Assembly (NCBI RefSeq): GCF_006345805.1
Contig: NC_043018.1
Coordinates: forward strand, 17,546,001-17,610,000
From: Octopus sinensis
Lineage: Eukaryota
Direction of reading: 5' to 3'
Length of the DNA: 64,000 nucleotides
The translations under genes and the position numbers were made by a program. Positions 55,434 to 64,000 of this stretch are shown here, in pieces. The notes under the pieces are model-generated. The model ran no database searches. It saw nothing but the letters and a program-made list of their open reading frames with translations, and had not been told where the DNA came from. Every line of letters begins with the position of its first letter. Position 1 is the stretch's first letter.

Positions 55434-58400
55434 TTATAAATGAGGGTGAAAAATCGATATTAATTTAATAATACCGTCAATTTAACACCAAGTGGCTTAG
55501 CACAAAAAACTACGGAGGAAATACAAATTTATACATAAATTATTAGAGAGTCATCCACTATGTGGATAACTCTAGTGCTAAAAATAGCTCCGAAGCAACC
55601 ACAGAAGATCCGTTTCCAACTAGAATCACACACATTAACTGAAGGAAAGTGAAATACAACGAATAAAATAGATTGACTCTATACAATTGTTTCATTACTA
55701 ATGCAATATGTAGTTTTACTTACACTTGCATCTATAAATCTTCGGTAGAGTTTGTCAGAAATGCAATTAATTAGATCGATTCGGGCGTCAGAAACACGAG
55801 CGGTCCAACCAATTACATTTTTAGTTATGTCTCAAATTCCGCGCCAAAAGCATGCCTAGACTCCATTGGAACGTATGCCGCATCAAATAAAATATTGACT
55901 GCCGCGTAGTTAAATTTATAAAATTATAAATGAGGGTGAAAAATCGATATTAATTTAATAATACCGTCAATTTAACACCAAGTGGCTTAGCACAAAAAAC
56001 TACGGAGGAAATACAAATTTATACATAAATTATTAGAGAGTCATCCACTATGTGGATAACTCTAGTGCTAAAAATAGCTCCGAAGCAACCACAGAAGATC
56101 CGTTTCCAACTAGAATCAACACACATTTAACTGAAGGAAAGTGAAATACAACGAATAAAATAGATTGACTCTATACATTGTTTCATTACTAATGCAATAT
56201 GTAGTTTTACTTACACTTGCATCTATAAATCTTCGGTAGAGTTTGTCAGAAATGCAATTAATTAGATCGATTCGGGCGTCAGAAACACGAGCGGTCCAAC
56301 CAATTACATTTTTAGTTATGTCTCAAATTCCGCGCCAAAAGCATGCCTAGACTCCATTGAAACGTATGCCGCATCAAATAAAATATTGACTGCCGCGTAG
56401 TTAAATTTATAAAATTATAAATGAGGGTGAAAAATCGATATTAATTTAATAATACCGTCAATTTAACACCAAGTGGCTTAGCACAAAAAACTACGGAGGA
56501 AATCAAATTTATACATAAATTATTAGAGAGTCATCCACTATGTGGATAACTCTAGTGCTAAAAATAGCTCCGAAGCAACCACAGAAGATCCGTTTCCAAC
56601 TAGAATCAACACACATTTAACTGAAGGAAAGTGAAATACAACGAATAAAATAGATTGACTCTATACAATTGTTTCATTACTAATGCAATATGTTAGTTTT
56701 ACTTACACTTGCATCTATAATCTTAAATCTTCGGTAGAGTTTGTCAGAAATGCAATTAATTAGATCGATTCGGGCGTCAGAACACGAGCGGTCCAACCAA
56801 TTACATTTTTAGTTATGTCTCAAATTCCGCGCCAAAAGCATGCCTAGACTCCATTGGAAACGTATGCCGCATCAAATAAAATATTGACTGCCGCGTAGTT
56901 AAATTTATAAAATTATAAATGAGGGTGAAAAATCGATATTAATTTAATAATACCGTCAATTTAACACCAAGTGGCTTAGCACAAAAAACTACGGAGGAAA
57001 TACAAATTTATACATAAATTATTAGAGAGTCATCCACTATGTGGATAACTCTAGTGCTAAAAATAGCTCCGAAGCAACCACAGAAGATCCGTTTCCAACT
57101 AGAATCAACACACATTTAACTGAAGAAAGTGAAATACAACGAATAAAATAGATTGACTCTATACAATTGTTTCATTACTAATGCAATATGTAGTTTTACT
57201 TACACTTGCATCTATAAATCTTCGGTAGAGTTTGTCAGAAATGCAATTAATTAGATCGATTCGGGCGTCAGAAACACGAGCGGTCCAACCATTACATTTT
57301 TAGTTATGTCTCAAATTCCGCGCCAAAAGCATGCCTAGACTCCATTGGAAACGTATGCCGCATCAAATAAAATATTGACTGCCGCGTAGTTAAATTTATA
57401 AAATTATAAATGAGGGTAAAAATCGATATTAATTTAATAATACCGTCAATTTAACACCAAGTGGCTTAGCACAAAAAACTACGGAGAAATACAAATTTAT
57501 ACATAAATTATTAGAGAGTCATCCACTATGTGGATAACTCTAGTGCTAAAAATAGCTCCGAAGCAACCACAGAAGATCCGTTTCCACTAAATCAACACAC
57601 ATTTAACTGAAGGAAGTGAAATACAACGAATAAAATAGATTGACTCTATACAATTGTTTCATTACTAATGCAATATGTAGTTTTACTTACACTTGCATCT
57701 ATAATCTTCGGTAGAGTTTGTCAGAAATGCAATTAATTAGATCGATTCGGGCGTCAGAAACACGAAGCGGTCCAACCAATTACATTTTTAGTTATGTCTC
57801 AAATTCCGCGCCAAAAGCATGCCTAGACTCCATTGGAAACGTATGCCGCATCAAATAAAATATTGACTGCCGCGTAGTTAAATTTATAAAATTATAAATG
57901 AGGGTGAAAAATCGATATTAATTTAATAATACCGTCAATTTAACACCAAGTGGCTTAGCACAAAAAACTACGGAGGAAATACAAATTATACATAAATTAT
58001 TAGAGAGTCATCCACTATGTGGATAACTCTAGTGCTAAAAATAGCTCCGAAGCAACCACAGAAGATCCGTTTCCAACTAGAATCAACACACATTTAACTG
58101 AAGGAAAGTGAAATACAACGAATAAAATAGATTGACTCTATACAATTGTTTCATTACTAATGCAATATGTAGTTTTACTTACACTTGCATCTATAAATCT
58201 TCGGTAGAGTTTGTCAGAAATGCAATTAATTAGATCGATTCGGGCGTCAGAAACACGAGCGGTCCAACCAATTACATTTTTAGTTATGTCTCAAATTCCG
58301 CGCCAAAAGCATGCCTAGACTCCATTGGAAACGTATGCCGCATCAAATAAAATATTGACTGCCGCGTAGTTAAATTTATAAAATTATAAATGAGGGTGAA

Positions 58401-58556
58401 AAATCGATATTAATTTAATAATACCTTCAATTTAACACCAAGTGGCTTAGCACAAAAAACTACGGAGGAAATACAAATTTATACATAAATTATTAGAGAG
58501 TCATCCACTATGTGGATAACTCTAGTGCTAAAAATAGCTCCGAAGCAACCACAGAA
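55431..58556. repeat. tandem array of a ~490-bp unit (6 full units plus about one third), flanked by (TA)n
   Basis: tgagggt at 55441, 55931, 56422, 56920, 57411, 57899, 58391; copies differ mostly by 1-nt indels. Confidence 0.97.
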
Positions 58557-58746
58557 TATGTATATATATATATATATATACAGTGTAGGACATATATATA
58601 TACATTTAAATTCCTCTATTTTCATAATATCGAGATCTCGTTCTTTTGTCGTCATTTTCTTATTATTAATTAGTAAATTACCTCCCGTATACCGCAGCAT
58701 TTTCTCTAAGAGCCTATACAGGGAAATCGGTTGTGTAGAATTTAAT

Positions 58747-59365
58747 ATGAACCCTTACAGTATCGAGTATTCTATGAAAAACATACATATACCCTCCAGC
58801 GAACTATGCTCTAAGAAACTATTGGAAAAAATTACAGACCTTATTAAGCGTATGAGATGGAAGACCTTCTTTTACAACAAGGAAGAGACCACTACAGAGA
58901 CTATATTCCCGAAATTAAATGAAAGACATTCCCTCCCAAAATCAAGGACATAGAAGACTTCAAATCGGATCTCCGAAGCTTATAGGCAAATTAAAATTTC
59001 GTAAATCATTTAACACTTTCCAACAGAAACTGTAAAAGGACATCAACAACATAAAAAGTTCCCAAAAAAAAGTCCGGCACTTGTTCCTGATAAAACCAAT
59101 AACTTATACCTTGTAGACAACATTACATTCTCACAACCCCTATACAAACAATGTTATTAATAATTACACTAAATCTACACCACAAGTTTATAACGACATT
59201 AATAAAGAAGCTAGTGTCATCGCCGCTATGCTTAAATTAGATTAAAAAAAATAGAAATCCTTTGAAAAAGCAGGACTATCCACTTATGGATAGGCACCTT
59301 CCAAATAATCATAAATACAGGAAACTCTTCAATAGGCATAACCTTCAAATTAGTTTTAGTTCAAC
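58747..59365 (+). pseudogene. Penelope-like element ORF relic (N-terminus and C-terminal segment; RT core deleted)
   Basis: YSMKNIHIP...LIKRMRWKTFF, PDKTNNLY, DRHLPNNHKYRKLFNRHNLQISFS are characteristic PLE ORF motifs. Confidence 0.85.
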
Positions 59366-59384
59366 CACAATTTTTTAATATATA

Positions 59385-59617
59385 TATTTCTTTACTACCC
59401 ACAAGGGGCTAAACACAGACAGGACAAACAAGGACAAACAAATGGATTAAGTCGATTACATCGTCCCCAGTGCGCAACTGGTACTTAATTTATCGACCCC
59501 GAAAGGATGAAACTCAAAGTCGACCTCGGCGGAATTTGAACTCAGAAGGTAACAGCAGACGAAATACGGCCACGCATTTCGCCCGGTGTGCTAATGTTTC
59601 TGCCAGCTCGCCGCCTT
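59385..59617 (-). mobile_element. SINE family B inserted in the PLE relic
   Basis: TSD-like tttttaatatata on both sides. Confidence 0.9.
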
Positions 59618-59639
59618 TTTTAATATATAATTGCACATA

Positions 59640-59906
59640 ACATACAAAAAACAACAGCACAAAACCGGCATACATACATGTCTGTGTGAATGTGTGAGAA
59701 TGTAATTGTGCGTAATTTTATTTTTATATCTTATATCTTTTGTATTTTTCATGCCTATTAGAGTAACACCCCTTTTATTCAAATAAATTATTTTTTATAG
59801 CGTCTATCGTGAAAAATAGCCGATGAAAATGCCCCGAAACTTTTAGCTCCGACATTTGAAACCCTAAGTCCTTTATGACAACTTACTGATTGTCCTGTAC
59901 TGTATA

Positions 59907-59910
<4 letters not shown>
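59640..59910 (+). mobile_element. PLE 3' pseudo-LTR relic with degenerate HHR, ending in (TA)n
   Basis: agccgatgaaaatgccccgaaacttttagct at about 59818-59848. Confidence 0.65.
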
Positions 59911-59949
<39 letters not shown>

Positions 59950-59989
59950 ATACATCTTCGTATGTATACATAACGCATATGCCTAAAGT

Positions 59990-60310
59990 TGCCTCATTAT
60001 GGTTTACTGTCGCTTTATTCCGTAATTATTAAATATCATTTATATGGTTTTAAAGTGTTATTTCAAACATCTTCCCAATAGATATGTCAATTAGATAATG
60101 GTAATTTTAATCGCTAAAACGGCATATATATTTTCTAATTAAAATTCTATTGCTTATAACTTCAAATAGGTTAACACCTAATTTGTTATATACGAGGCTC
60201 CATAGCAAACCAACCCATATAAGGTGGATACAAAGATCAATGGTTTTTCTAAAACCATTATTGCAGTAAATACACTTATATGGCATCAAAATATTTCAAT
60301 GAAAATTCAG
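59990..60310 (-). pseudogene. possible Penelope-like RT relic
   Basis: PPYMG and VYNKL...ICRFSD resemble the TYATLxMGY...LY..RFLDD region. Confidence 0.35.
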
Positions 60311-60559
60311 TGTTATTATTTCTTCTCAGGAGAATATTCACTAAATTAATGATTATTATCAATTAGTGCTGATTTATACTTCTGGCATTATGCCAGATGA
60401 TTATAGCCGTATGGTGTGTGAGAAATTTCGCTAGGTTTGAGGTGTTCTAATAGCGCTGGCATAAAAATAAATTAACCATCATGTTAGTACATATATAGAT
60501 ATACCATTCTACTATACGAGCCCCATGTTCAAGTACACAAACACACACACACACACACG

Positions 60560-60606
<47 letters not shown>

Positions 60607-60653
60607 ATATATGTACGTAACTAAATATGTTATTTTCTATATAATAGTGCGTA

Positions 60654-60801
60654 AGAGTGGCTGTGTGGTAAGTTACCAACCACATGGTTCCGGGTTCAGT
60701 CCCACTGCATGGCACCTTTGGCAAGTGTCTTCTACCATACCCTGGGGCCGACCAAATCCTTGTGAGTCGATTTGGTAGACAGAAACTGAAAAAAGCCCGT
60801 C

Positions 60802-60840
<39 letters not shown>

Positions 60841-61008
60841 TATATATATATGTGTTTGTGTATTTGTCTGTGTCTGTCCCCCCACCATCGCTTGACAACC
60901 GATGCTGGTGTGTTTACGTCCCCGTAACTTAGCGGTTCGGCAAAAGAGACCGATAGAATAAGTACTAGGCTTACAACGAATAAGTCCTGGGGTCGATTTG
61001 CTCGACCA
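60654..61008 (+). mobile_element. SINE family A, 3' truncated
   Basis: head and body match family A. Confidence 0.88.
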
Positions 61009-61459
61009 AAAATATATGTATGTATGTATGTATGTATATATAGAGAGACAGACAGACAGAGTGAGAAAGAGAGAGAGATTTCTCTGTGTCTATGTACGTA
61101 TGTATTTGTCTATGTACATGTTTGTATGTATCTAATAAAGTAAATCTTAAGCAATATAAATTTCATAAGCATGAATGTCTGAAGATTCCAACATGAATAT
61201 TTAAAGCTAGAAAGTTATAATGCTTCTAATCCTAATTAATAATGATGAGCAGCGAGTAAGAGAAACAACTATTTTCCAATAGTGAATAGAATTGACACGG
61301 AATATATTCCTTCAGAATTATTGATACGAATTCAAATATTAACTACGGAAATTTTTTTTTTTATCAAGACACAGAGGAAGTGGATTTAAACTGAAAAGAA
61401 AACGAGATCTTTGCAGCAGGCACTGAGTTTCCGGCCGGAAGTGGTTGCTTTACCTAAGT

Positions 61460-61465
61460 AATAGG

Positions 61466-61529
<64 letters not shown>

Positions 61530-61597
61530 GAAGAAGAAGAAGGAGAAGAAGAAGAAGAAGAAGAATAGTAATAATAATAATAAGAAGAAGAAGAAGA

Positions 61598-61663
<66 letters not shown>

Positions 61664-61684
61664 GTAATAATAATAATAATAATA

Positions 61685-61778
<94 letters not shown>

Positions 61779-61790
61779 AAGAAGAAGACT
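61460..61790. repeat. (AAT)n/(AAG)n compound microsatellite
   Basis: direct reading. Confidence 0.95.
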
Positions 61791-61955
61791 TCAGCTATAA
61801 AGTAGTAATGGAAATGAAAAGGTAAATATATAGATTTTCCAGATTTCCTTGGTATTATGTACACATGGTTTGAAAGATTATTTTGATGGAAAGAAGAAAA
61901 ATGAGGCATGTACATGGCCATGAATGTTGGTATAACAGTGTATCCCACGACGCCA

Positions 61956-62002
<47 letters not shown>

Positions 62003-62097
62003 GCATACATAAATACATACATATACATATATATAATATAAATATATATATATATATAAATATATATATATAATAAATATATATATATAATATAGAT

Positions 62098-62129
<32 letters not shown>

Positions 62130-62150
62130 CATACATATATATATATATAT

Positions 62151-62220
<70 letters not shown>

Positions 62221-62225
62221 TATAT

Positions 62226-62420
62226 ACGGAGTAAGCACATAGATGTGAAACAGGTGGAAAAGAGGCTACTAAAATACCAGCGGTAGAGTAATATGCTTAT
62301 TTAAAAGCAGCAAAAATATATCAAAATTTGTTACTCAGAGTTTCACGTTCCTTCTTTAGACAGTTTTGCTAAAATAGGACAGAAATAGAAATAACGATAT
62401 GATGAAAACTAGTTAAAGGA
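62226..62420 (-). mobile_element. second copy of the 3897-4048 family with degenerate HHR (62328-62363)
   Basis: reverse complement CUGU CUAAAGA AGGAACGU GAAA CUC U GAG UA ACAA. Confidence 0.65.
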
Positions 62421-62478
62421 TGCGCCTTTAAAAATGGATTTTTTTCATTGGTCCTTTCGATTAACGGTCTTAAACATG

Positions 62479-62510
<32 letters not shown>

Positions 62511-62529
62511 CATACTCACACGCACACAT

Positions 62530-62692
62530 AACGGTCTCTTCTTTCAGCTTCTGTCTACCAATTCCACTCATTAATCATTGGTCAGATCGGGGGTATTGCG
62601 AAACACTTGCCGGATGTTTCACGCAAACGGACTGAAACCGGAACCATGCGGCTGGAAAGCAAATTTCTCACCATACAGAATCGCATGCGCCT
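62530..62692 (-). mobile_element. degenerate SINE family A 5' part
   Basis: ctaccaattccactca...ccggaaccatg. Confidence 0.6.
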
Positions 62693-63384
62693 ATGATTTT
62701 GGAATGCACATATTGTTTTTTTTTTTTTTTATTATTTTAACATTGCATCACAATTCTATGGAAAAAAAATGTTATAACTGCATAGAATATAAATGAAAGA
62801 ACCAATCTTTGACATTAAGTTTTGCATGCAACATTTTGCGTAATATTTATTCTTTTTCACTTTCTTTCTCTTTCCCAATTTTCGTTCCGTGGATTAAACA
62901 TCCAAACATTGATGACGTTGGAATACAATATACTGTAATTACAGTGAGAGCGAATGGTACGCATGAAATAAACATCGTAACTTTAATTCGCATTTAAACA
63001 TTTAATTTTGAGCAAATAATCGTATCCATATGTCCTTCGCTCACGGCAATGTTTGCTAATACAAAATAAAACGGGGAGTTGATTTCAGTGTTAGTTTTTT
63101 CAAAATGTCGTGGCTCTTTTCACTTTCAGCTAAATGTATAAATCTATTCTGTATTTTTGTTTAAAGTTATTTAAAACACATGCAGTGCATTCGATGAACC
63201 GATCCTTAACACGTGCAGATATTTGACTTCCCTGGCATTTGTGTATACAAAAAGATAAATAAGTAAAAAATATAGAGTAAGCCATTGGTAAAGCAGCAAG
63301 CAATATATAAAGTCTGAATCGAATATGCACTCGATGCTCTTGAGAGGAGAAGATGATCCATTCCAAAAGTATTTTCTCTTAGAT

Positions 63385-63703
63385 TATATCACGAACGTTT
63401 TCAACCGATTCTGATGAAACTTGACACACACATAGCCCAATGTCATAATTCAAAACTAACGCAGCGAAAATTTTGAAAAGTTCCCCCAGTTCTGAAAAAA
63501 TCGATAAATTCGACATGGGGTCGATAATCAGAAACACAAACCACAGACTGTCTAGGGGACGCAACTCGACCTTTTTAACTCTCGAAAAAAAATTTACCAT
63601 CATTTTATTTCCATTTTTTGGCTATTTTTTGGCTATAACTCTCTAAAAATGCTTTATAGTTATTTCCCTTACAAACCCGAGCAACGCCGGGCGATACTGC
63701 TAG
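63385..63703 (+). mobile_element. non-autonomous Helitron-type element (3' end clear, 5' boundary uncertain)
   Basis: hairpin cccg-agcaacgc-cggg (63676-63691) followed by CTAG (63700-63703) then T. Confidence 0.7.
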
Positions 63704-64000
63704 TCAAATATAAAATCTTGCTTGTATGTGAGTGATGTTATAAAATTCTCCGCGGTATGGAGGTCTTATAATACTAAAATACATCCGTAATTGTTCCTGT
63801 CTTTGTCACACTCACTTATTAACCCCAACCGCATTCTATATATATAAAGGGTACAGTGAATAAAGTGTCTAAATTACGCAAAAATGAAAATAATACTGAC
63901 ATATCATTTCAACAGATAATTACCAAAATTGCATAAAAAATATCTTGGAATACTAAAGTCAAAATTTAATCAAGAAAATCGCCATTGGCCTCAATTACGG

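Noticed and set aside
55431-58556. CRISPR-like array
   Set aside because: Whole units repeat with no unique spacers; eukaryotic context; no cas genes.
61425-61445. ttccggccggaagt ETS-like palindrome
   Set aside because: Short motif with no promoter context (no CpG island or nearby exon).
63130-63366. IHKCQG resembling the PIF1/Helitron helicase HKSQG motif
   Set aside because: Single short motif, wrong spacing to the upstream motif, and on the opposite strand to the Helitron end.

Overview
AT-rich, microsatellite-saturated eukaryotic DNA, most likely a coleoid cephalopod (Octopus-like). That assignment is inferred from the tRNA-derived SINE families and (TA)n density and was not database-checked. 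I found no supportable host protein-coding exon, rRNA, true tRNA or CRISPR array; nearly all ORF-track entries are translations of simple repeats. The window is intronic or intergenic and filled with four SINE families, mariner/Tc1 relics, R4/Dong-type and CR1/L2-type LINE relics, a Helitron-type 3' end and Penelope-like element (PLE) relics. The main unexplained signal is a set of at least five sequence-distinct repeat families that carry type I hammerhead ribozyme (HHR) motifs: CUGANGA core, stem II, GAAA, a palindromic or near-loopless stem III and UH. In most of them the ribozyme strand runs into a (TA)n tract. They occur as single copies, inverted pairs, a 559-bp tandem/fold-back structure and, as core-mutated relics, a ~490-bp x6.3 tandem array next to a decayed PLE ORF. 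In both tandem structures the truncated unit ends at or within 3 nt of the predicted self-cleavage site, which suggests copying from self-cleaved RNA. HHRs in PLE pseudo-LTRs and retrozymes are established; their diversity and arrangement here are my inference from reading the sequence by eye.
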